64,000 nt of DNA, taken from NCBI GenBank assembly GCA_965655095.1, contig OZ296650.1:122512001-122576000 (forward strand), read 5' to 3'. This document shows, in pieces, positions 50,200 to 62,274 of this stretch. A program made the position numbers and the translations under genes. The notes below the pieces were generated by a model that saw only the letters and a list, made by a program, of their open reading frames with translations, had not been told where the DNA came from and did no database searches. The first letter of the stretch is position 1, and every line of letters begins with the position of its first letter. The stretch is from Haplodiscus bocki (lineage: Eukaryota).

Positions 50200-52125
50200 A
50201 GCTGTGTCATCAGGAAAAAGTCATTATACAGTTTAGTAGCAGGTTGCGCAACTCATTTATGAATCCTGGAACAGCAAGAGGCCTTGGAACAAACACTTGA
50301 AGACCTCCGCGAGTATTTGTCTCAAGTTTGGAGAGCTCATTTCTTCAGCTCATATATTGTTTCTGAAGATGAGAAGATATAGAAAGTTAAATAATTTTTT
50401 TTTCAAAAAAATGTGATCAACTGTATCCAACCAAATCCAAAAACGTAGCATGATAAAAACATTTTAGGATTACTAATTTGTTCCTTCAAATTTCAACCAT
50501 AGTTGCAATTCGTTCGACAGTTTTTTTTTCACAAAATTCGAATTCCGTGCTCGCTAGTAATTCAAACTTTTCGAATGAATTGACGATGCGCTAGGCTATC
50601 ACTTTCTCCAAATCTTTCGCTATGACTGAAACTAATGACATTGGTCCATAATTCGTGACATCTGTTCTACCATCCATTTTCATGCATGGAACTACTTTCG
50701 CAACCTTTAATCATTGAGGCATTTCGATATTGCCAGAGTAGTTTCGTTGAAAATAGGTGTCAGATAACGTGAAATGAGTTGAAGTTTTTGAGAAGCGGAT
50801 TTGGAAATCCAAAAGAAATCAGAATCTTTTGAATTTCAGAAGTGTTGGACGTTCGTTGTGCAGTTATCATTAATTAGCACGTTTTCTCACAATATCTCGA
50901 GTTTTCATTATAGCTGCTTTTCGTCCATATCGTTGTTGAAGGCTCAGCTGGATGGCCTATTTTAACAAAGAAAGAGTTGAACTCATTCACTGGTGGTTAG
51001 CTATCACTAATCTCCGTTAGTTCATTCACTCGTCGTCTGAACACCTTTAGAGTCTTCAAAACGCCTTTGAATTTAATGAGTAATTCTGCTCAAATTTTTT
51101 TCCGCAAAATAATCTTTCAATTTGCGAGACAGCTACCGTAGGAATAGTTTTGGTTCCCTGCTTTGGGTTCTTTCAAAAACCGTTTCCCTACTCTTACCTC
51201 GATAAAAGCAGCATCTTCCATATGATTTGTTATCCATTGGATTTTTGGACTCTTTCGTATTTGCCATTTTAAGGCATTATGTAATCCAAGTTTTCGTCAA
51301 TGGTTTCATATAAAAGCAAAAAGGCTATAATTAGTGGGTCTGAAATTAACTGCGTTTTATTTCTTTCAAGTTTGATATATCACTGATAGTCGAAAAGTAC
51401 ATTTTTCCCTTTTCAGTCGAGAGCATTTATTTCTAAGTTTGGTAGAGCTTTGATCAATTTCAGGTTGAAGAGGTAGTTTTAGTTTTAATGTATTATGATC
51501 AGTTATGGTTTTCTGGAACACATCAATTTCGGAAGGGACACATGCGAAAAAACAAATCCATGCAGCTTTTGGACTGATTTTTTTATCGGGTTCGTTTATA
51601 TTCAATGTGGAGGTTAAGATACACAGATAAATTTAACAGAAAGACTAATTGACTGCGTAAAGCTCATAAACGGTTGCGCTGCTTCAGTTTTCCATTGTAT
51701 CTATATTAAAGTCGCCACATAAAATGGATTGTCGTTTTATCAACCCATATGCTGTTTTTGCGATCAATTAATTCTTCAGTGAATTGTTCGAAGCCCATTT
51801 TTGGTCCGCTATAAGCTGCTGAGAAAAGTAATTGTGTCTTATTTTGAAGTTCCAGGTTAACTGATAAATTCTGCAGATCACTTAGGCTTGCTTTTTTATT
51901 AACTTTGAACTTAATTCCATGGCGAGTTGTTGTAACCAAACCTCCACATTTCGTTTTTCTGTTACACACAACGAAGTTCTGATAGTTTTCTAATTGCAAT
52001 AGCCCGAGTGGGGTATTTTCATTGCACGAACTTTCGGTCAGTACAATAGCTATACATTGTCTTGGATGAGAAACATACTTTGAGCTCATACAAATTCGTG
52101 GGTGCCGACCTTCTAGGTGCGTTTT
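50200..52125 (-). mobile_element. Old LINE ORF2 relic (endonuclease and RT N-terminus; RT core deleted)
   Basis: IVLTES, NRKTKCGGL, CGDFN, ITDH, LKVAKVVP, NYGPMSL...LEKVI and C-terminal ATKLYN. Confidence 0.75.
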
Positions 52126-52129
52126 TATT

Positions 52130-52649
52130 TTCCGCATATTCTTTAGAATATGAGAGCAAAATCTTCCTCTCAAATAGGTGCGTTTTTTTACCCGATGTTT
52201 GCCAATTGAGCTCGCGCTAAAAACGATGTCGGCTCGCGTTTCTGAACGTGAAAATTTTTTGCCAAGATGGCCAAAAAGGCCAAAATTGCCACAATTGTTA
52301 CAATTGCCAAGATTACCAAGATTGCCGCGACTGAAATAGTAAGATTTCTCAAAACATTCAAAACTTGGGTCTTTTTTGAAAAAATTGATTTTTCGAAAAA
52401 AACTTGAATTTTATTCAAAATCGCTAAAGCTGGCAAATTTGCTGTAGAATGCGTATCGAATGGTTTTATTTCTTAAAAATGTGTTCCGCTCTATTTATGA
52501 GGTTTTTGGCAAAAAATCAGAAAACCTTGAACCTTGGCAAAATTAGAAAATATGATGAAGTGTTTTTTCGAGAAAAAAAGCGTTTTCATCTTTACTTTTA
52601 CCAAAATGGGAAGGAGCAAAATATTTAGGTGGTAGCTGGCCGTCTTATT
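52130..52649 (+). mobile_element. Helentron-like (HINE) element; further copies at ~56887-57396 and ~61635-62145
   Basis: Left end ttttccgcatatt pairs with subterminal aatatgccgg (copies 2 and 3), followed by a gccgg-tagtag-ccggc hairpin and cgtcttatt. Internal 9-bp repeats. Confidence 0.7.
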
Positions 52650-52777
52650 ACTTATTTGATTTGATTGGATGCCTTGAGTGACGGGAGTCGTCACTCTGAG
52701 CATTAAACGGAGAGTCCTCTAACATCGACAGCTGCAATTTTTTCACGAAAAAAAAATCGAAAATTAAAAAACAATCT

Positions 52778-55700
52778 ATAATAATAATAATGAAGTATTT
52801 TATCAGGAGTCAAATACATTTGGTACTATTATTTTCAAACACTTTATAAAGCGAACTCAACTCCCAAAAAGACCTCCCAAAAGCACGAAGGCTTTTCAAG
52901 GAGAGACCTTTGAACTCAAATGAGGTTTAGAGTTTAATTTTTTTTGAGTTGTGAGGCAGAGGTTCGGTGGTTTCTGCAACGATGATATGATCAGGATTCA
53001 AAAAATTAAGTCAACCAGTTCACCGTTACCGAACATATACAAATCTGCGATTTTGTGTTGGAAATTTCGCAATGTCTCATCTTTCTCCCTTACTTCATGA
53101 TCGCTAGGGAAGAATCCCCATTTTCTCAAAGTAATAATCAAACTGATGGCGCGGAAATCCAGTGCATCATTGTTTGCAGCATGGTTCTAGAAATTTTTTC
53201 CTGTTTCTTGTATCTTTCTGCTGGGACCCTATATCAAGGATCTCAAAATTGTTACGTATTTGAGATAAGGAATATTTAAGAAGCTCGTGCAAATTTTGCA
53301 GTCTTCAAATTTTCCTAGGACACTAGATCCATATGACAGCCGGAATGCTATGCGGACCAACTTTTTCTGAACAACAAAAATCAGTTGAAGCATTGCTTTT
53401 CACCCAAGGCCATACAAAGTACGCCATATTGGACAATCGGGGACACATACGCCCTGATGTAAGCAAGTAAGCGAGATGTGTTCAAAGTTTCCCTAAGTCT
53501 GTAGACAATACCGCATTGTTCCGAAAGCTTCTCGACAACTCTTCCAAAACGTATATCAAAATTCAGCTTTTTATCGAAATAAATTCAAATACTTGTAACT
53601 CACGCAAGCAGCAATGGTTTGTTCATCAAGTTCAATATTTCCAAAAACCTTTGCTCGCTTCTCAAAAACTACAAATTTGGATTTCCTACAATTCAAGTCG
53701 ACCTTATTTAGGGCTAACCAAATTTGTAAATAATTCAGATCTCCAGTCTCCGAAGGTGAATTTCATTCAAGAACTGTGTCATCCGCAAATAGTACCAATG
53801 AACCTATGATGTTTGCATTTGATCCAATGTCGTTCATGTACACAAGAAATAGAAACTGTCCGAGAATTGACCCTTGAGGGACAAGTCGTTTAACGAGTTG
53901 AAGGTTGGAATTTTCAGAATTCACATTCACAAGCTGTTTCCTCTCTGTTAAATAGCTAGCCATCAGTGCATATACGTTTCCACGGACACCCAAGCTATGC
54001 AATTTTTGGAGTAAAATTTCATGATCTACAGTATCGAAAGCTTTGCGAAAATCCAGAAACACGCCCATCGAGTTTGTTTCGGTGGCCCAACTTGATTGTA
54101 TCGTTTTCCACAGCAACGTAACAGCTTCAACAGTATCTTTCTTTTTTCTAAATCCAAATTGATTTTCTGTGAGTAATGAAAACTTCTCAAGATATCTTAT
54201 TAAGCGTTTCTGAATAACTTTCTCGAAGATTTTTGATAAAGTTCCCAAGATGAAGATAGGTCTATAGTTGTTGGGTGAACCCTTTTTACCTTCTTTATGA
54301 ATCGGAATGACTTTAGCTATTGTCATTATTCTCGGGAAAATGCCTTCAGAAATAAATTTGTTTACGCCGATACACAAACATTTGCGAATAATTTCAGCTG
54401 ACCGCTTGAAAATTTTCATGTCAGTACCATCGAAACCGATGGACCTTTTGTTTTTTAATTCTTTGATTATTGTACAAACCTCTTCATCAGTGACATACGA
54501 AAAGTACATTGACTGGGTCTGTTTATTGTCTGACGCAATGCAATAATCCGAAACCGGAGAAACTCTGGGCTCACAAGCATTCAAAAAAATTTAATGAAAG
54601 CGTTTGCTGTTAAGTCTCCAGTTAATTTGGTATCAGAAACTTCTCCCTTCATTTTCCTAACATAATTGAGAAACTCCCAGGGATTTTTATGATAATTTTG
54701 TTTTTTACATCTCTACGCTTAGCCAATTTAATTACCATATTGATTTCGTTTCTTTTGTTTTTGTAATTTATATGTGCTCTTTCTGATTGAGTTAAGCCAA
54801 AGCTGGAAAAGTTTTATGTGTCTTTTGATACGATTTGTCAAGCACGTTTTCCGGGAAGAGAACTTTCTGAGATCTTGGCAAGGAAAACATTTATCCATTA
54901 CTCTTTTTATGACTTCAGCAACCTTCGTGATGTATGCTTCTCCGGACTGACCAGTCTCTTCAATTTTTCCCAATGTGTGTGCTAAGTAAGACGAAAAATT
55001 TTCGCTACAATCTCTGTTCTCAAGTTTTTTCAAGCATCGAAAACGGTATATGCATCCCATAGCTTCGTAATCAAGATCCAATTTTATATGCAAGCTGTAA
55101 TGATCAGAAAATGTTGTTTCATCAATTGTAGACTTTAGCGGTAGTACATTGCCAAAAACGGCATCTATACAAGAGCTAGAAGTTTCAGTTTCTCGGGTTG
55201 CTTCTCTCAAACTGATTAGACTTAAACAATTTGCAACCATCATGTTGTCTAATTTCTTCCGAAAGACTAGCTCGTCTAGCAAAAGATCAATGTTGAAGTC
55301 ACCGGCTACCAATTGCGGTAAATCTCCATTTCTCTCAAGCACTTCTTCAATGTGATTTAGATAGTTGTTTTTGTTTCGCGAAGGTTGACAGTAGAAGCAA
55401 GATACAATGATTTTGCTTTTTTTATTTGCTACTTTCACCGAGACGGACTCAAAGTCTTCATCTGTGTGTACTAATTCAGCTTGCAGGCACTCTGATACAT
55501 ATATCGCTACTCCACCACTTCGTTGCTCACTCCTAAGGCTTGTGAACGGTTGTTGCTAACCTTCAAGGCAATGAAGATTCCCATGGTCGTTGTTTTTCAA
55601 CCAAGTTTCTGTTAAAGCTATGATCGACGGCCTTCTTCCCTCCATCAAAATTTCCAACCTAAGTTTGCAGAAACCGATCTGATATTATTATAGAACAAGG

Positions 55701-56700
55701 TTGTTCCCTCTACCTCACAATTAGTTTTCGAAAGTTTACCGTAAGAGGATGCCAGTTGTGCTTTTTTTAGTATTAGTGTTTGTTATGAACGACGAGAATG
55801 ACTATGTTGCATTGTTAGATATATTTCTTTCGAGAACTGGCATTCACCTATTTACAGTTCTGAGGCGATGGTCGAAGATTCGGTCTTCTGGATTCCGGAC
55901 TATCATTTTGCATTTCATGATCGGAAATCTCTTCTCCACAGCTTTACTTTCAGTAGCCAGGTGCATTGTGTGATATTGTTTGGTACCTACAACCCTTTGG
56001 GTACCCATTGCCAATCTGCTTTTCTTTTTTTGCACGGCAATACTGATATTGTCATCAATCGTTTTAGGACTATTGACATCAATGCTTTACCGGATGCCAT
56101 TATTTTCAATCAATAATTGAACTTGACAATTTTGAGTTCGGGCTACCAGGTTTTCGTCATTTGCGTAGACTTGTAGATCTTTATCTTTCGATGGAAGCCT
56201 TTCTTTGATAAACATTTGCCTGCCGTTCATTTTGTTAATGACTCCCCACAACATATTTTTTGTACTGTAGATTTCATTTTTTTCATGAAAACAAACAAAT
56301 TTTTTAATAATCGCTGGCGGTGTGTTCCTTCGACCTCTTCCCAAAACGTGACAAGCTGTGAAATTTCCAGGATTAGTAAGAAAATTCATGCACTCACTCA
56401 GGAAACGAGTTATGAAAGTTGGCAAAAAATCCTTACCATCCCAGGGAAGATTTTCGAATATTAAACAATCTATAGAAGAATACCGTTCTTGGAGAGTCAT
56501 TCGTTGTTACAGGGCGCATAATTCGTTTTTCAAGGTAATATTTTCCTGAGACTTCTTGTTGTTCTCCGATAAAAGAAACTCAATAAGTTGTTTAGTTCAT
56601 GAATCTTTTACTCCAGATAATGTTTGTTCAATGTTGAAATTTGCCATTCTTTCACTGCACAATGTCAAAACGGACGTTCAAAAACAACCAACTGTTCACT
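52778..56700 (-). mobile_element. Full-length L2/CR1-group LINE, copy 1 (ORF1 + EN/RT ORF2, (ATT)n tail), inactivated
   Basis: ORF1 from ATG 56647: coiled-coil then QERYS..LIFENLP..HVLG..IIKKF..IKERLP, with two premature stops. ORF2: IALTETWL, GGVAIYV, AGDFNIDL, FSDH, NQFGFR, FLDFRKAFDTVDH, PQGSILG, FADDT. 3' (ATT)4 tail at 52778-52791. Confidence 0.92.
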
Positions 56701-57526
56701 AAGCTGTCATCGGTGGTTCTCAAGGAAAACAGGATATCTCAGGTCTCCACTTTTATTCCCATAGAGTTGACTTGATTGGTCGTTTCACATTTCTACCGTT
56801 GGTTGCTAACGTGTGCTGGACCATTCAAGCCAACGGTCATGTTCGGCGGGAAAAACATCCACATCACTCCCTTGCATGTTTTTGTACTTTAAAATATGAA
56901 AGCAAAATCTTCCTCTCAAATAGGTGCGTTTTTTTACCCGATGTTTGCCAATTGAGCTCGCGCTAAAAACGATGTCGGCTCGCGTTTCTGAACGTGAAAA
57001 TTTTTTGCCAAGATGGCCAAAAAGGCCAAAATTGCCACAATTGTTACAATTGCCAAGATTACCAAGATTGCCGCGACTGAAATAGTAAGATTTCTCAAAA
57101 CATTCAAAACTTGGGTCTTTTTTGAAAAAATTGATTTTTCGAAAAAAACTTGAATTTTATTCAAAATCGCTAAAGCTGGCAAATTTGCTGTAGAATGCGT
57201 ATCGAATGGTTTTATTTCTTAAAAATGTGTTCCGCTCTATTTATGAGGTTTTTTGGCAAAAAATCAGAAAACCTTGAACCTTGGCAAAATTAGAAAATAT
57301 GATGAAGTGTTTTTTCGAGAAAAAAAGCGTTTTCATCTTTACCTTTACCAAAATGGGAAGGGGCAAAATATGCCGGTAGTAGCCGGCCGTCTTATTACTT
57401 ATTTGATTTGATTGGATGCCTTGAGTGACGGTAAGTCGTCACTCTGAGCATTAAACGGAGAGTCCTCTAACATCGACAGCTGCAATTTTTTCACGAAAAA
57501 AAAAATCGAAAATTAAAAAACAATCT

Positions 57527-60500
57527 ATAATAATAATAATGAAGTATTTTATCAGGAGTCAAATACATTTGGTACTATCATTTTCAAACACTTTATAAAG
57601 CGAACTCAACTCCCAAAAAGACCTCCCAAAAGCACGAAGGCTTTTCAAGGAGAGACCTTTGAACTCAAATGAGGTTTAGAGTTTAATTTTTTTTGAGTTG
57701 TGAGGCAGAGGTTCGGTGGTTTCCGCAACGATGATATGATCAGGATTCAAAAAACTAAGTCAACCAGTTCACCGTTACCGGAAATATACAAATCTGCGAT
57801 TTTGTGTCGGAAATTTCGCAATTTCTCATCTTTCATCTCACTTACTTCATGATCGCTAGGGAATAATCCCCATTTTCTCAAAGTAATAACCAAACTGATG
57901 GCGCGGAAATCCAGTGCATCATTGTTTGCAGCATGGTTCTAGATGTTTTTTTTCCTGTTTCTTGTATCTTTCTGCTGGGACCCTATATCAAGGATCTCAA
58001 AATTGTTACGTATTTGAGATAAGGAACATTTAAGAAGCTCGTGCATATTTTGCAGTCTTTAAATTTTCCTAGGACACTAGATCCATATGACAGCCGGAAT
58101 GCTATGCGGACCAACTTTTTCTGAACAACAAAAATCAGTTGAAGCATTGTTTTTCACCCAAGGCCATACAAAGTACGCCTTATTGGACAATCGGGGACAC
58201 ATACGCCCTGATGTAAGCAAGTAAGCGAGATGTGTTCAATGTTTCCCTAAGTCTGTAGACAATACCGCATTGTTCCGAAAGCTTGACAACTCTTCCAAAA
58301 CGTATATCAAAATTCAGCTTTTTATCGAAATAAATTCAAATACTTGTAACTCACGCAAGCAGCAATGGTTTGTTCATCAAGTTCAATATTTCCATAAACC
58401 TTTGCTCGCTTCTCAAAAATTACAAATTTGGATTTCGTACAATTCAAGTCGACCTTATTTAGGGCTAACCAAATTTGTAAATAATTCAGATCTCCGAAGG
58501 TGAATTTTCTATAAGAACTGTGTCATCCGCATATAGTAACAATTTACCTATGATGTTTGCATTTGATCCAATGTCGTTCATGTACACAAGAAATAGAAGC
58601 GGTCCGAGAATTGACCCTTGAGGGACACCTCGTTTAACGAGTTGAAGGTTGGAATTTTCAGAATTCACATTCACAAACTGTTTCCTCTCCGTTAAATAGC
58701 TAGCCATCAGTGCATATACGTTTCCACGGACACCCAAGCTATGCAATTTTTGGAGTAAAATTTCATGATCTACAGTATCGAAAGCTTTGCGAAAATCCAG
58801 AAAAACGCCCATCGAGTTTGTTTTAGTGGCCCAACTTGATTGTATCGTTTTCCACAGCAACGTAGCAGCTTGAACAGTATCTTTCTTTTTTCTAAATCCA
58901 AATTGATTTTCTGTGAGTAATTAAAACTTCTCAAGATATCTTATTAAGCGTTTCTGAATAACTTTCTCGAAGATTTTTGATAAATTTCCCAAGATGAAGA
59001 TAGGTCTATAGTTGTTGGGTGAACCCTTTTTACCTTCTTTATGAATCGGAATGACTTTAGCTATTGTCATTATTCCCGGGAAAATGCCTTCAGAAATACA
59101 TTTGTTTAAACCGATACACAAACATTTGCGAATAATTTCAGCTGACCGCTTGAAAATTTTCGCGTCAGTACCATCGAAACCGATGGACCTTTTGTTTTTT
59201 AATTCTTTGATTATTGTACAAACCACTTCATCAGTGACATACGAAAAGTACATTGACTGGGTCTGTTTACTGTCTGACGCAATGCAATAATCCGAAACCG
59301 GAGAAACTCTGGGCTCACAAGCATTCAAAAAAAATTTATTGAAAGCATTTGCTGTTAAGTCTCCAGTTAATTTGGTATCAGAAACTTCTCCCTTCACTTT
59401 CCTAACATAATTGAAAAACTCCCAGGGATTTTTATGATCAAATTTGTTTTTTACATCTCTACGCTTAGCCAATTTAATTACCATATTGATTTCGTTTCTT
59501 TTGTTTTTGTAATTTAAATGTGGTCTTTCTGATTGAGTTAGGCCAAAGCTGGAAAAGTTTTATGTGTCTTTTGATACGATTTGTCAAGCACGTTTTCCGG
59601 GAAGAGAACTTTCTGAGATCTTGGCAAGGAAAACATTTATCCGTTACTCTTTTTATGACTTCAGCAACCTTCGTGATGTATGCTTTTCCGGACTGACCAG
59701 TCTCTTCAATTTTTCCCAATGTGTGTGCTAAGTAAAACGAAAAATTTTCGCTACAATCTCTGTTCTCAAGTTTTTTCAAGCATCGAAAACGGTATATGCA
59801 TCCCATAGCTTCGTAATCAAGATCCAATTTTATATGCAAGCTGTAATGATCAGAAAATGTTGTTTCATCAATTGTAGACTTTAGCGGTAGTACATTGCCA
59901 AAAACGGCATCTATACAAGAGCTAGAAGTTTCAGTTTCTCGGGTTGCTTCTCTCAAACTGATTAGACTTAAACAATTTGCAACCATCATGTTGTCTAATT
60001 TCTTCCGAAAGACTAGCTCGTCTAGCAAAAGATCAATGTTGAAGTCACCGGCTACCAATTGCGGTAAATCTCCATTTCTCTCAAGCACTTCTTCAATGTG
60101 ATTTAGATAGTTGTTTTTGTTTCGCGAAGGTTGACAGTAGAAGCAAGATACAATGATTTTGCTTTTTTTATTTGCTACTTTCACCGAGACGGACTCAAAG
60201 TCTTCATCTGTGTGTACTAATTCAGCTTGCAGGCACTCTGATACATATATCGCTACTCCACCACTTCGTTGCTCACTCCTAAGGCTTGTGAACGGTTGTT
60301 GCTAACCTTCAAGGCAATGAAGATTCCCATGGTCGTTGTTTTTCAACCAAGTTTCTGTTAAAGCTATGATCGACGGCCTTCTTCCCTCCATCAAAATTTC
60401 CAACCTAAGTTTGCAGAAACCGATCTGATATTATTATAGAACAAGGTTGTTCCCTCTACCTCACAATTAGTTTTCGAAAGTTTACCGTAAGAGGATGCCA

Positions 60501-61448
60501 GTTGTGCTTTTTTTTAGTATTAGTGTTTGTTATGAACGACGAGAATGACTATGTTGCATTGTTAGATATATTTCTTTCGAGAACTGGCATTCACCTATTT
60601 ACAGTTCTGAGGCGATGGTCGAAGATTCGGTCTTCTGGATTCCGGACTATCATTTTGCATTTCATGATCGGAAATCTCATTCTCCACAGCTTTACTTTCA
60701 GTAGCCAGGTGCATTGTGTGATATTGTTTGGTACCTACAACCCTTTGGGTACCCATTGCCAATCTGCTTTTCTTTTTTTGCACGGCAATACTGATATTGT
60801 CATCAATCGTTTTAGGACTATTGACATCAATGCTTTACCGGATGCCATTATTTTCAATCAATAATTGAACTTGACAATTTTGAGTTCGGGCTACCAGGTT
60901 TTCGTCATTTGCGTAGACTTGTAGATCTTTATCTTTCGATGGAAGCCTTTCTTTGATAAACATTTGCCTGCCGTTCATTTTGTTAATGACTCCCCACAAC
61001 ATATTTTTTGTACTGTAGATTTCATTTTTTTCATGAAAACAAACAAATTTTTTAATAATCGCTGGCGGTGTGTTCCTTCGACCTCTTCCCAAAACGTGAC
61101 AAGCTGTGAAATTTCCAGGATTAGTAAGAAAATTCATGCACTCACTCAGGAAACGAGTTATGAAAGTTGGCAAAAAATCCTTACCATCCCAGGGAAGATT
61201 TTCGAATATTAAACAATCTATAGAAGAATACCGTTCTTGGAGAGTCATTCGTTGTTACAGGGCGCATAATTCGTTTTTCAAGGTAATATTTTCCTGAGAC
61301 TTCTTGTTGTTCTCCGATAAAAGAAACTCAATAAGTTGTTTAGTTCATGAATCTTTTACTCCAGATAATGTTTGTTCAATGTTGAAATTTGCCATTCTTT
61401 CACTGCACAATGTCAAAACGGACGTTCAAAAACAACCAACTGTTCACT
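57527..61448 (-). mobile_element. Same LINE, copy 2
   Basis: Same organisation, ORF1 ATG at 61395. RT has GVPQGSILGPLLF and YADDT but a TAA stop after LEKF. Confidence 0.92.
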
Positions 61449-62274
61449 AAGCTGTCATCGGTGGTTCTCAAGGAAAACAGGATATCTCAGGTCTCCACTT
61501 TTATTCCCATAGAGTTGACTTGATTGGTCGTTTCACATTTCTACCGTTGGTTGCTAACGTGTGCTGGACCATTCAAGCCAACGGTCATGTTCGGCGGCAA
61601 AAACATCCACATCACTCCCTTGCATGTTTTTGTACTTTAAAATATGAAAGCAAAATCTTCCTCTCAAATAGGTGCGTTTTTTTACCCGATGTTTGCCAAT
61701 TGAGCTCGCGCTAAAAACGATGTCGGCTCGCGTTTCTGAACGTGAAAATTTTTTGCCAAGATGGCCAAAAAGGCCAAAATTGCCACAATTGTTACAATTG
61801 CCAAGATTACCAAGATTGCCGCGACTGAAATAGTAAGATTTCTCAAAACATTCAACATTTGGGTCTTTTTTGAAAAAATTGATTTTTCGAAAAAAAACTT
61901 GAAATTTATTCAAAATCGCTAAAGCTGGCAAATTTGCTGTAGAATGCGTATCGAATGGTTTTATTTCTTAAAAATGTGTTCCGCTCTATTTATGAGGTTT
62001 TTTGGCAAAAAATCAGAAAACCTTGAACCTTGGCAAAATTAGAAAATATGATGAAGTGTTTTTTCGAGAAAAAAAGCGTTTTCATCTTTACCTTTACCAA
62101 AATGGGAAGGGGCAAAATATGCCGGTAGTAGCCGGCCGTCTTATTACTTATTTGATTTGATTGGATGCCTTGAGTGACGGTAAGTCGTCACTCTGAGCAT
62201 TAAACGGAGAGTCCTCTAACATCGACAGCTGCAATTTTTTCACGAAAAAAAAATCGAAAATTAAAAAACAATCT

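Noticed and set aside
52188-52436. Hydrophobic 82-aa ORF (VAAILVILAIVTIVAILAFLAILAK), repeated at 56934, resembling a membrane peptide
   Set aside because: It is the translation of the 9-bp micro-repeat inside the HINE-like element, and the frame is broken in the third copy.
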